Below, in pieces: positions 14,240 through 26,135 of a stretch of DNA of 64,000 nt. Positions within the stretch are counted from its first letter, which is position 1. Each line of letters begins with the position of its first letter. Under the pieces are notes generated by a model that saw nothing but the letters and a program-made list of their open reading frames with translations, had not been told where the DNA came from and searched no databases. The translations under genes and the position numbers were made by a program. Source of the stretch: Chrysomallon squamiferum (lineage: Eukaryota; Animalia; Mollusca); NCBI GenBank assembly GCA_012295275.1, contig CM022679.1, forward strand, positions 10,354,001-10,418,000, read 5' to 3'.

Positions 14240-14910
14240 TCCACGCAGACACAAAAGCAACCAGAGAAATTACACGATACTCTTACCCAGCACATTCATA
14301 CGGAACAAGTCACTTGTGTTAATACGACGCAACCTTTAATAGCGAGTGCAATTTAATTTTCATGGCCATAAATGAAATTCTGGCATATTGACGACCATCG
14401 TGGCTGATGACTTGGAAAATGATGAATGGAAACCGTACAGCTTGGAGGTTCTCTCCTTCTGCCAAGATGCTGACCACAACCGCATCAGCAAATCTGCCCC
14501 CCCCACTGTTTGTGTAACCGAGGCAGTTTCGGCAGGGCACTGCACTGGGTGAGGTCGTATTGATTTACGGTACAGAGGGTCACTCATCCAATCTTTGTAT
14601 GGGATGTGACTTCTGCTGCGGAGTTTGATGGAAATTGTACAGAGAGAGAAGTGATTACATTCGGCTGAAATTAGCCCCGGTTCATTCATGGCCATTTAAT
14701 GATATCATGAAATAAAGATTTTCTCTTTGGCTACCGCTGACCCTTGGACCAAAAGGGTCGTGCTGGTGTGGTTTGATTTTGTTTGGCGATTGTGACGAAA
14801 CTAAAACACAGGTTCGTGTGGTCGCGCCTAGCAGTTTTGTGTTGTGATGAAGAGGAGAAATCAATGCTGTAATGTCAATATGTACAGAATGTGTTTCCAT
14901 TCCAGTCCGA
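14240..14910. promoter_or_regulatory. CpG-retaining intronic enhancer-like island
   Basis: Many CpGs inside an otherwise depleted intron; TGATTTACGG (PBX-HOX type) at 14561-14570; TTCATGGCCAT twice (near 14359 and 14685). Confidence 0.5.
14826..14891 (+). repeat. 66-bp dispersed direct repeat, copy 2
   Basis: Matches 11351-11416 with 2 mismatches. Confidence 0.9.
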
Positions 14911-17534
14911 CATAAATCTGCTCTTCTTTCCAGATGTTAAAACACAAATTAATACTACTGACAAAGTAAATCAACCCATTACCAGATTTCTGATTTGAAA
15001 CATTAGTCTGATATACTTTTCTCTGAAGATGAATAGCATTACATGTATTTGCCGTTGCTCTGAGTCTGGTGACTCAAAGACTAAGGCATGCGCTGTCAAA
15101 GAGAAAATACAAAAAAAAAGACTCCTTGCATCAGCTTGACAAGAAATACCTAGGAATCAGTGGCTGTCAGTTTCCTTTTTACCATCATCATCAATCTGAA
15201 ATTATCACTGACATTCAAATGCACTGCAGCATTGTTAAACAGTTATTCAATTAACTCATTATGACCAAATTATAAACATATTTAGACTTATCTAGTATGA
15301 AACAAATAACAAAATAATTTTTATCATGTATTTATAAAATTAAAATAATTTTATGAGCATTAAATCTTTACAGAATGAATTATGATGTTCACTGTCTCTA
15401 TTTGTTTCTAAAAATAATTCATATAAAAATGACCTGAAACTATTAATACCATTTACACAAGATGAAACTGAGCAGTAGATGGAAACAGAGAAAAGATATT
15501 AATTCAAATACAGATTTGTTAAATATTTTTAAGAATATAAAAAATATCTTGACTGTGATCTGTTTCCAAAGCTTCGGATGCGAGAAATGATTTCAAAACT
15601 ATGAAATGTTGGCATAAATCTGAACTGACAGTTAAAAACAAAAAAATGAGGAATGATAAGAGATGCTCACACAGATCTGAAATGTCTGCCAAAATACGAA
15701 ACACTAGTAAGTAATGTAAAAATGCTTTGCAAATAATATATAACCAGTTATGCTTGAATGGTTTCACAGATTCCTGAATTTCTACCAAAGTTTCTAGTGT
15801 GCAGGATGTGAAAAGTTTTCAAAGAAATGAAGAGCTTATTAAAACTTGTTATGAGCTTGTAAATAACACATAAAATACTTCAAAAGATACTAAATATTTT
15901 TCCAATTAAATGAATTAAACACACACACATATATATATATACACACACCCACGCACCCACACTCATAAACACACCCACATCCACACCCACACACATACAT
16001 ACAAATATATCTGGTGCATGTTTATGTTATTAAAACTTTGTATGAAATAATTAAATGTTTGCAAAGATACTAAACACGTTTCTGTTCTAAACAAGCTAAA
16101 ACATCAGAGATGCAAATCTGCTGCTGCTGTATACTAACACATGAAGCAAACCAGCAAGGAAGTAAATAAAATGTCTTTTATCTCAGGCCACTGCTGGGAA
16201 GAAAAAAAAAAAAAAAAACCCACAGAACTCAGCTTCACACCAAAGAGAAAGGTAGGAGAAAATATTACAGCCAACTTCCGGGTTTAGGTTGAATCATTTT
16301 CCCTCACGGATATCTTGTGTTGGCATTCTTCAGTGAAATGGAGAAGCGAGAATACCAAAGAACTAAGACATTTTAGTGGAAAAAAAAAAAAAGCCAGTAC
16401 AGGCCATCAGGTATAATCTTTTCACAACATAACTGATGATGAATCAAACACATTCCTGCAGATTCAGGTGTCACAACATCCCATCCTCGGGAACTGTTTT
16501 TAAATGCATGTCAAGCAGAGAAAAAACCAAAAGAATAATTTTCACACCTGCATCATGCATAAACTTGCCAATCCTTCGAACACTGAATGGTTCTGACATG
16601 AATATTGAGTATAAACCTGCCAATCCTTGTAATTTTTGCACGTTCCTTATGGACTGACAAGCATCTGGAAGTTTAAAAATAAAACAAGTTTGTTGTGTAG
16701 ATTGTTTACGTTGTGTTTTATAAAATTATAATCTTATTAACTCAATACTTCGGTTTATGTATTTCTGACACTTTATATGTTTGTAATATGATCTAGATTA
16801 TCCAGTGTGATTTTGCAAAATGTTCTGGTTGACAGTTTGAAGGGTCCAAGTCAAACCAGATGTCATACACTGACTTATTAAAGAATAATATTAGCCCAAA
16901 GAAATACATTATACAGTATCTCACACTGCAACACATTCGATATTGAATGATATCACACACATAAATATCCAACAAAAAAATACACAAACAAACAGTGTCT
17001 AATATTGATCTGTTACTTTAATTAAATACCTAATATTTCTTTTTTTTGTAACTCAAAACAGTTAATATTTGTGTCTGCAAGCTGTGAAAGGAATATAAAA
17101 AAAAAAAAAAAAAAATGTACACAGAAAATATATAAATTATTTCCCCATCTACTTTGTTTTTCTTCAGATTAAAAGATTCAAAAATATAAACTATTGTTTT
17201 TTATGCTGGAAGTTTAAAAAACAAAAAAAAAAAAAACAAGCACAATTTAAACAAAACAACTATTTTTTTCTTTTGGTAGTCTGTTTTATGGTGTGTAATT
17301 AAGTCACGAATTTAACCAAATTCTACTTTGAATAAGCTAACTGCATGCATTTAGAAAACATCTGATGAGCCACATGTTACCTTTGTTTATATCCAGAGAA
17401 AACTGTACATACAGTTCTGAAACACAGTTTGGCTCCAAATGGCTTAACTACATTTTAAAAAAAAAATAAGCCAGATGAATGAAAACTTAGATTTTTAAAA
17501 ATACATTAAAAGAGAAAAATAAATCCAGTTCTTT

Positions 17535-17644
17535 GGTTATTCTTTCCCAGGTAGCAGTAAAGTATCTTTAATATGTACCAACAGGATAGTACATGCCATG
17601 GCCTTTGATAAATCAGTTATAGGATGCTGATTTGGAATGGAAAG
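17535..17644 (-). mobile_element. Degenerate Meta/MESC-type SINE fragment
   Basis: tagcagtaaagtatctttaatatgtacc-aacaggatagtacatgccatggcctttgataaatcagt is a clear match to the family core. Confidence 0.6.
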
Positions 17645-17648
17645 ACAC

Positions 17649-17683
<35 letters not shown>

Positions 17684-18701
17684 CACCACATAACCAGACA
17701 CACAAAACTCCCCCCCACATATATATATATATATATGCAAATCCTACGCACACTTTATTTTACATTTTATCTAACTCTGTTTTTAAATTTCTGATAATGC
17801 CCAGCTAAGTAGTGAACATCACTAAAAACAACATCTTTGAAAAGATATCTTGACATTTTGTTTGGCTGTTTTATCAGGATGTAAAACACATTTAAAGCCT
17901 GCAGGTGAGCATCTACCTGTGCTTACCTGCAGAGCAGTTTCCTGCCTCATGCAGGAAGGTAAATTGAAAACAATGTCTGTATCCATAACAAAGATAAAGC
18001 AGGTCATTTTCACATTCTAAACACTAGCAGAACAAAGTGCTGTTTACAGAAAATATTAGATAGATAATATAGAAGAGTATAGAATAATAAAAATAACAAC
18101 AACAACAACAACAACAATAATAATAACAATAACAGTAACAATAACAGTAACAGTAACAATAACAAAATTAATAATAATACTAATAACATAATACTAATAA
18201 TGAAGATGATAATATAGAAAACAATACAGAATAATAACAAACATAATGATGATATGTACAGCAGTATAATAAAGATAATGATGATTATGATCATGATGAT
18301 CATTATGATGCAGATGATGATAATGATGACGATGAGGTCAATAATAAATTTAAAAGAAAATTTCAAACAAAAGAAGTTATTCTGATTTTGATTTAAGTAC
18401 TATTTTCAAATATAAAACTGAATCTTCCTTCTAAGCCATAAAATCCAGAATGAAAGAGATATTTCATCTAAGTATGAATATATGTATTTGGACTTAATGT
18501 TTGGTCATGAAATGAATCAATACAGATTAAAAAAAAACCCAGCAATAACAACAACAACAACAGAAAACTATTAGTATATATGTCTAAAACCATTATCTGA
18601 CATTTCAACAAATACAACCATTTTATCAGCCATTTTCATAAACAATACAAAAACAATGCACATTGTTAATATTTATGTAATAAATCAAGTTTTTCACATA
18701 C

Positions 18702-18745
<44 letters not shown>

Positions 18746-19670
18746 TACATACACATACATACAGACACACACACAGAGACTAATAATACTTCTTTTAAAT
18801 CAGTTTTCTTTTGAATATCTTAAACGAAAACACATTATTTAAAATGATCAGAAAGAAATAAATTATGTGTCAGTATCTATATTAATGAACCTGGGATATA
18901 TTTCAAATACATAACTCTTGTATACAGAAACAAGATTTATTACATCAGTTGACTCACGTTGATTGTTTTTGTTGCTGGCGAGAATCGTTAAAATATATAC
19001 AGATTACTACTGACGTCATAGCAACACAATCAATTCCTAATATAGAACTTAATTTGATTATTTCCTATTTATGGCACATAATGTTGTTTGGATAATGCAG
19101 TGAATTCTGGATGTTGTTCAAACTGTGGTAAAAAAAAAGCAAGTAAAAAAAGAAAAGAAAGCAAACAAAACAACATAAGTAATATATTAAATAAAATAGA
19201 AAAACAGTTTTAAAAATAAATAAATAATGAACATGTAAAGTATTTGCTATGTACATTACAGATGATATGCCAGTGTTTGTGTGTAATATATTTAGTATTT
19301 TCAATGTATTTTCTCAGCTGTTGATACAATGTCATCACTACTCTCTAAAGAATAAAAATAAAATAACAGTTTCACAGATTCCACTCGCTAAAAATATATT
19401 TATAAAATAAACTCTCATGATGAATTGATTGGAAGACACATAGTAAATCCATTTTTTTTTTCTTTTTTGTGTAAATTGAGATCAACTTCCATGAACAGAA
19501 AAATGAATATTAGATTCATTAATACTTGATATGAACGAATAGCTATGAAGTGTCTAGTAAGCTATTTATTTTATTAATAATAAGTGGAAGAATCTAATGC
19601 TACTGTTTTGCCAATAACCTCATGGGAATTCTTTAATGCCCCTTTGGTACAAATAGGAAATAATATATCA

Positions 19671-19997
19671 TTGCTTGGAACAGTGATTGGAATTGGATAA
19701 CGGAGACAGTTTGATTTGGAGCAATGACTGGAATTGGATAATGGAGGCAGATGCACCTCGAGCAATGATTGGAATGGGTAAATATATACAACATGATTTG
19801 TAGCAGTGACTAGATTTGGAGCAATGACTAGTATGAATGAATGCATGCAATCTGACCTGGAAAAGTGATTAGAACAGATCAATGCATACAGTTTGATTTG
19901 GAGCAATGACTGGAATGGGTAAATGCACTGAGCCTTTCATGGAGCAATGAACAGAACAGCCTGACTTGCAGCAATGAGTGGAATGGGTTAATGCAGG
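19671..19997. repeat. Degenerate ~41-bp minisatellite (GAGCAATGACTGGAAT core)
   Basis: Repeated tttggagcaatgactggaat(t/g)gg units. Confidence 0.75.
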
Positions 19998-20920
19998 CAG
20001 CAGAAGTGTATGTATGAAATGGTTTTGTCTCAACACAAAGATGTTTCATGCTCAATATGCAAGGTTTAGTCTCAGTGACTTTTAACAGCATAAACCAATT
20101 TATCATTCAACCAACACTGAAAAAAACAAAAACATTATTTAAATGTCTTTTTTTTTTTCATTCTTTTACTCAGAAAGAAATATTAATGTGAATGTTTGCA
20201 GTTTCTTTTATCATCAGTTTCATGATAAATGGAAAATGCTACAAGAATAAATCTGTTTTAATAAAAACATGGTTTTTCACAAGACTAGAATTATTTCTGT
20301 CTTCTCAAATGCTTAAAAGCTTGAGAATTCAAGCGATACTTACTGTCTGATTATTATGTGCAGGAATAAAATTTTGCAAGAATAAACACAAACATTTTTT
20401 TTTTACAATAAAAAGCATTATCCGTTAGTCTAAAATGTATTAATTTCAGCCTGGCAGATTTTTAAAAGCAGAAGTATTCAAACTGTGTATTATTTATTTA
20501 TTTATTTATTACTGTTGTTGTTATTGTTGTTGTTATTTATTGTCATTATTATTGTTATTATTTATTATTATTGTTAGTATTTATTGTCATTATTAATGTT
20601 AAATATTATTATTATTATTATTTTTATTATTATTTTTACATGAAGAATAAAAATAAATAAAACTCAACTAAAATGCATTCTCAATCTAACACAAAAAAAA
20701 AATCAATTTGTTCTGTTCATCCATCAACTGTATCAATATCCTGCCTTGTTGTGTAGCTTACCGTAATATTTATTGATACCAGAGATCATTTCTGTTATTA
20801 TTATTATTATGTCTTTGGTTATTGTCAACTCCAGTGTTGCTACATGAACCAGTTCCACATGTTTTTAACAAATAAACACACTTCCTGCAATCTAACCACT
20901 GCTTATTTGCTTTCACTGAA

Positions 20921-20978
<58 letters not shown>

Positions 20979-21600
20979 TTCTTCCCTCTCTCCCTGCCTT
21001 AACGTAATGAGTAGCAAAATCAGTAAGTTTGACACTGATCAATACACTACCTATAAAGGTAGGCAGAAAATGTGCTTGGCGGATTAGGTTTTTACAGAAG
21101 CAGTTATGTCTCATTAAAGATACATGGGGTGACTGACGTCATAGGCTGGTGTCAGCCAGGGAATGACAAATTAAAGTTTATAATGGCTGTTGTTGTCGGC
21201 AAAAGATATTGGAAACCAGGGCTATCAATAAAGTTGTCAGAGGATGCAAGATGCTTCAGTGTAGAGGCATTTACTGAATGACGTAGAGAGAAATGAACAG
21301 AGAAAATAAAAGATTTAAAAAAAAAAAAAAAAAAAAGACTTGAATGACAATGATAGGAAAACGAATAAACTAATTTTGTATGATAATATATTTGGACATG
21401 TGTGTATGCAAGTGTGTATGTTGGTTATGTAACTATATTTTTTCTGACTGAAGGGTAAGGACTCAGTTTGTTGAAAATGATTTAAAGTAACTCACTGCAA
21501 TGGCAGGATACGGTCAAATGCAATATCCATCAGTATGAGTTTTTAAATTACATCAGTGTTTTTTTTTCCCCAAGTAAAATCACACTCTTCCTTGTTATTA

Positions 21601-21830
21601 ATTATATTACCAGAAAAGTCTACCTTTTCTTATTTTTAATAATCAAATTATTTCCTGATTATCAAATTATATATTACCCGAAAAATTGAACTTTTCATAA
21701 ATATCAAACCATTTTACCTGCAAAACCAAATCTTCTCCTAACTATCAAATCATAACTGTAAAAACCAAACTTTAACCAAATTATTAATTTTCAAATTACG
21801 TTACCTGCAAAACCAAACCACTCCTAATTA
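21601..21830. repeat. Degenerate ~40-bp minisatellite
   Basis: Repeated ttacctgcaaaaccaaa...ctcctaa(t/c)tatcaaat. Confidence 0.55.
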
Positions 21831-23686
21831 TCACAATACAACTGATGATTCATGTGCAGCAGGATGTTTTTAAATGTAACTCATACACCTCATTAAACAA
21901 ACAAAATTTGTAAACAATCAGGAGTCTTCAAGGATCTAACAACCAGCAAAACCAGATGTCTACTAATTATTACAGCATATCTAGTGATTTACACACAGCA
22001 AGTTTTTTAAATGTAATCTGCTCTCTCTCACTCCCTCCCTCCATCAAGCTCCTTTGCAAAAAGATGGGCTGCCATTAGAACCAGGAAAACTTGAATAGAT
22101 ATTTTTTTCCAATCAGCCTAATGAAGGTAGACCAGGTGTTAATGTGCTACCATTAACAGAGATTTTTGCTCTCAAATAATCAAAGCAAAAAAGGTTGTAC
22201 GATCATAAATTAGTGACGAATGTTCAAAAAAGGCTAATTATTTCATTTGTTTTTTTTAAGAAATTTTAATTGCTGTAAGTTGGTGCTGAACATCCTCAGA
22301 GGCAAGTGACTTCATTTGTTTGATTTTTTTTTTAAAGAAATTTTAATAATGGTTTGATTTTTTTTTTTATTATTGTAATTAGTTAGTGCTGAACATTCTA
22401 GGTCACCAGCAACATTTTTTTTTTTTATTAGATTAATCAATGAAAATTATACTTCATTTAAGTTTTATTTTTAAAAAGTATCTTTTTTATTATTAAATTT
22501 TTATATATATATATACCTTATTATAACTAACTTTTATTTGCAAAAAATAACAAACTTACCATTATTAAACTATTATTATTATTATTAAGGTCAAATTGAA
22601 AACTTTAAAGAATTTATAATATGATGTTATTTAAAATAATTTAAAAAAGAATAAAAACACAGTTGAAACAATTATGTAAATTATAACAGAAAGAAAATTT
22701 TCAGGAACAATCAATAAAAAAATAAAAAATTTATAATGATTAAATTGACCTAAGTGTTCAGGTAACTATGGTGATGGTGATTTCAATGAAATTGTGAAAA
22801 ATAATCAAATACTCAGTCTTTATAGACTTCCACTGGAGAATGTTGGATTTTTTTTTTTATCTGAAATGTTTTTAAATTTAAAGATAAATTGACAGGTTCA
22901 GACAAAAAAAAAATTAAAATTAATGTTTACAGTTTGTCAGCATATTTTTTGGAATTATTACATAATAATGTCAAATAAATAACTAATAAATTTTGTTTTA
23001 AAATTTGTTTGACCTATATCTGTTTTTCATTTTCTTTCATAATAATAATAATAATAATAATAAAGCCCATCAACTCCTACTGAATGCCATTTCCAGTAAT
23101 ATTACCTAATGAAATGAAACCATATTATGTTCTGTTGTTACCAAACAATACAATACATACTTTCATCATATGTATATTTCAAGGACAGTGAATTATGTAT
23201 CAGCATAATTAATCTTATATGTATGTATGTATGTATATTTTTCTATCACTTAATAAAATTAATGATTCTCAAACAACTTGAACTAATATGAAAAGAAAAC
23301 CAAAACAAAATAACACCCTCTTCTTAATTACTCATACTTAGTGTATTATTACATGATAAACAAAACTGGTTATTAAAACACACCACAAGTTTAACAAGGA
23401 GAATGTGGCAATGATAACAATAATAATAATGATGACGATGATGATAATAAAATAAGAAAAGTAAAAAAAACAAATAAATAAATAAATCCAGCATTATTAA
23501 TATCATCTTTTGTGACATTTTTTAAAAGAAGCTGCAAAAGAATGTATTACCTGTTTAAGATAGAGAAATTAGTTATAAAATGAAAAAGCACAATTAAAAA
23601 CAACAATTAATCTCCTTACCTTTATGCTGTTTTTCTACCTATATCTCTAAATTTAATTAAAAACATTTCAAATTTTCATATTTTTC

Positions 23687-23697
23687 AAAAAGGATAT
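23687..23697 (-). other. U12-type (minor spliceosome) AT-AC 5' splice site, ATATCCTTTTT
   Basis: Perfect U12 donor consensus directly after codon Trp and two bases of Pro, the position of the conserved AT-AC intron of voltage-gated calcium channel genes. Confidence 0.9.
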
Positions 23698-23960
23698 GGC
23701 CAAGTGATAAGTTTGAGACAGAAGTATCTGTAGCAATTGTTCTGTTTGAGAAAGTAGAATGATTTAGGAGCAAATCCAGGGAAAAGGAGTTCCTCCTCTT
23801 CCTCCTCCTTGGTCGATTCCCCTGAGGGACCCGACTCCACATCCTTAGTTTTATCAGAACTATCCTCCTTGGCTCCTTCCTCCTCCTTCTTCTTCTTGGC
23901 ACTTTCATTTCCCGAAGAAGAAGGTACACAAGAATTGTTTCCACTGGATTCTTCAGCCAT
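23698..23960 (-). CDS. Cav3: First coding exon (87 codons + 2 nt) of a T-type voltage-gated calcium channel alpha-1 subunit (Cav3; CACNA1G/H/I family); rest of gene lies beyond the window start
   Basis: Translation MAEESSGN...EEEEEELLFPGFAPKSFYFLKQNNCYRYFCLKLITWP matches the conserved Cav3 pre-IS1 motif (vertebrate type YPxLAPxxFFxLxQxxxPRSWCLRxVCNP|WFE). Homology stops at TGG CC, followed by ATATCCTTT. ATG at 23960-23958; in-frame stops lie upstream. Confidence 0.9.
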
Positions 23961-23968
23961 AACTGACA

Positions 23969-24011
23969 CTAACAATGCATTATCCTTTCATCAGTGCACT
24001 ATTTGATCCAT
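23969..24011 (-). promoter_or_regulatory. Three chained upstream ORFs (MDQIVH*, MKG*, MHC*) in the putative Cav3 5' UTR
   Basis: Minus strand reads aTAATG GAT CAA ATA GTG CAC TGATG AAA GGA TAATG CAT TGT TAG tgtcagtt ATG(main). Confidence 0.6.
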
Positions 24012-24189
24012 TATTTGCGAAGAAATCAAATTTTTCTTCTTTTTTTTGGAGAAAGATAAAAAAAAAAAAAAAAAAAAAAAAAATATATATATATAAAAAT
24101 AAATAAAAATAATAACAATAACAATAATAATAATAATAATAATAAAAGAAAGAAAGAAAAGAAATAAAAACAGAAGGGACAATTCCTAT

Positions 24190-24960
24190 ACTATCTCGCA
24201 CCACCTCCTCATTGTAACATTGTTTCCTGCTCATTGCCAACACTTTCACAAACAGTAGTGAATGAACGGAACGCACGCCCATTGGAAACCATTTTAGGCA
24301 GATGCGCTCCCCGCGAACGAATGATGTTTAATGACGCTGAGACAGACTCTACAAGCCTTTCGGTGCGGTACCATGTGAGGGGGGGGGGAGCCTCGCGGAG
24401 ATAAACAAGAAAGCGTACACTGAAAACCAAACGAAACTGCCAAACCGAAGAAAGAGAGAGAGAGAGAGCGTCTGCCAAAGCCTGCAGACTACTTACTACC
24501 AGTCTATCAGTCGAACGTTCCTTCGCTGGTGTCCGTGCAAATCAATACATTTTTCAGATGGCTTCAAAAATTAACAACCTCCACAGTAGAACGGCGTAAA
24601 TCCAGTTGTCGCGAAGAGAGAATGAGAGAGAGAGAGGTAGAGAGAATAAAAAGATTTTTTTTTAAAAATCTCAGATAAAATAAGTACTTTTTTTTAAGCC
24701 TCCGATGGGGAAAAAAATAATCCACTTCAAACGTGATGGTGTGCTTCCAAAAGTAACCCAACCTCTCTACCGGCTACTTCCATTTTCAACAACTGTCATT
24801 CAGCGGAGATTCGGCTTTGTATGGCAACGGTCACGTGACCAATATGCTTTGCAGATGCGTAATATACTACATCGCTGTCGTCTGCACACACGTCCTAAAC
24901 AGTTCTCACATTGATTTCGCCGTTAACATGTATTTAATCTGCGCGGAGATCAATATATTT
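24190..24960 (-). promoter_or_regulatory. Putative Cav3 promoter / 5' UTR region, CpG-rich
   Basis: Abrupt CpG gain just upstream of the first coding exon; contains palindrome GGTCACGTGACC (24829-24840, E-box/CLEAR type) abutting an RFX half-site ATGGCAAC and an overlapping CCAAT. Confidence 0.55.
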
Positions 24961-25238
24961 GTGTTCGGTGACAATGTGTATGAAGTTCTGTGGAAAATAA
25001 TATGGTAAAAAAGAATAGTAAAAAAAGAGAGAAATAAATAAAAGAGTACAAAGGAAATTATTTGTTAATAAAGTTGTTGTGACAGAATTAAATCTCAGTA
25101 AACTGTTTATCGTCAAAATACACGTAAGTTAATCCGATTTCTGTTGTTCATAAATAATTAACATTACTTCAAAATATCGGTGAAATAATTATGAACAGCA
25201 TCACGTTACCAAAATAATACAGAAAGGATTACCGGGGG

Positions 25239-25271
<33 letters not shown>

Positions 25272-25627
25272 AAATAAATAAAAATAAAAATAAAAAATAA
25301 TAATAAAAAATAATAATAAAAAAATAATAATAAGAAGAAAAACTTGTCAGAATTCTGACATATGTGAAATAATGCCATTTTTCTATTACTAGATGTATTT
25401 TCATCACAGCATGAAAGAATAAAAATAAATTAATTAATTTAAGAAATATACACGAAATCCAAAGTAATTCATTTTTTGTTTCCTTGCCCTTCATTAACAA
25501 TACATAATAAAGATTCAAAACACGGTTTATTTCTTATTATTTTCTTTTTACGTTAAAAAAATGAAATAAATGCTTAATATAATATTACTAAAGGTTAGAT
25601 GAAAATTATGTTTAATGATGAATCGTG

Positions 25628-25770
25628 AAGAAAAATACGCTCTCTCGTGACTTATTGTTATCGATTAGCAGCTAGGAATCTTTAATATTCGCCTTCTCAT
25701 AGACACGAAAAAACATATCACGCGTTTCGATGAACTATTCGTCGAGCACTGACTGGAACGAGAAATAGCC
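25628..25770 (-). mobile_element. Meta/MESC-type SINE fragment with CpGs retained
   Basis: cgattagcagctaggaatctttaatattcgccttctcatagacacg...gtcgagcactgactggaacgagaaatagcc; followed by a 17-bp tandem duplication (catgcctcagtcagcgt x2, about 25798-25831). Confidence 0.6.
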
Positions 25771-26098
25771 TGAAGTATTTAATAAAGGAGTATTAATCAT
25801 GCCTCAGTCAGCGTCATGCCTCAGTCAGCGTTCTAAGTATTGTGCTACTCAATTGCATTAAGTTCTGACTTTTAAACAACAACTACAACAACAACAACAG
25901 CAACAATAATAATAGTAAAGATGATGATGATAATAATAATAATGATTATGTTGATAATAGATAAAGACATGTCATATTTTACAAATATTAAATTTTAACA
26001 TTATTATTATTATTATTATTATCATCATCATCATAAATTCAATTTATTTTAAAGCTAAAGCGAAACTTATTTCAAGCCTAAAAAAACAACATATTAAT

Positions 26099-26135
<37 letters not shown>

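Larger units (their letters stand above)
1..23697 (-). other. Cav3 intron following the first coding exon (U12-type, at least 23.7 kb, acceptor outside window)
   Basis: No WFERISMxVILLNC-type exon or convincing TCCTTAAC...AC acceptor found by eye in 1-23697; region is CpG-depleted and repeat-laden. Confidence 0.75.

Noticed and set aside
14400-14445. Hammerhead-like CTGATGA...GAAA (also on the minus strand near 54970-55005)
   Set aside because: Stems I-III cannot be formed around the core.
16793-16987. ORF containing WFD as candidate Cav3 exon 2
   Set aside because: Following residues do not resemble the IS1 helix, and no U12 branch point/AC acceptor is in place.
17529-17545. Partial matches to miR-9 here, miR-279 (14581) and miR-137 (40763)
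   Set aside because: Only about 10-11 nt match and there is no pre-miRNA hairpin; the first overlaps a SINE.
23657-23944. Overlapping alternative-frame and antisense ORFs over the Cav3 exon
   Set aside because: By-products of the purine-rich exon; only the frame starting at 23960 has family homology.
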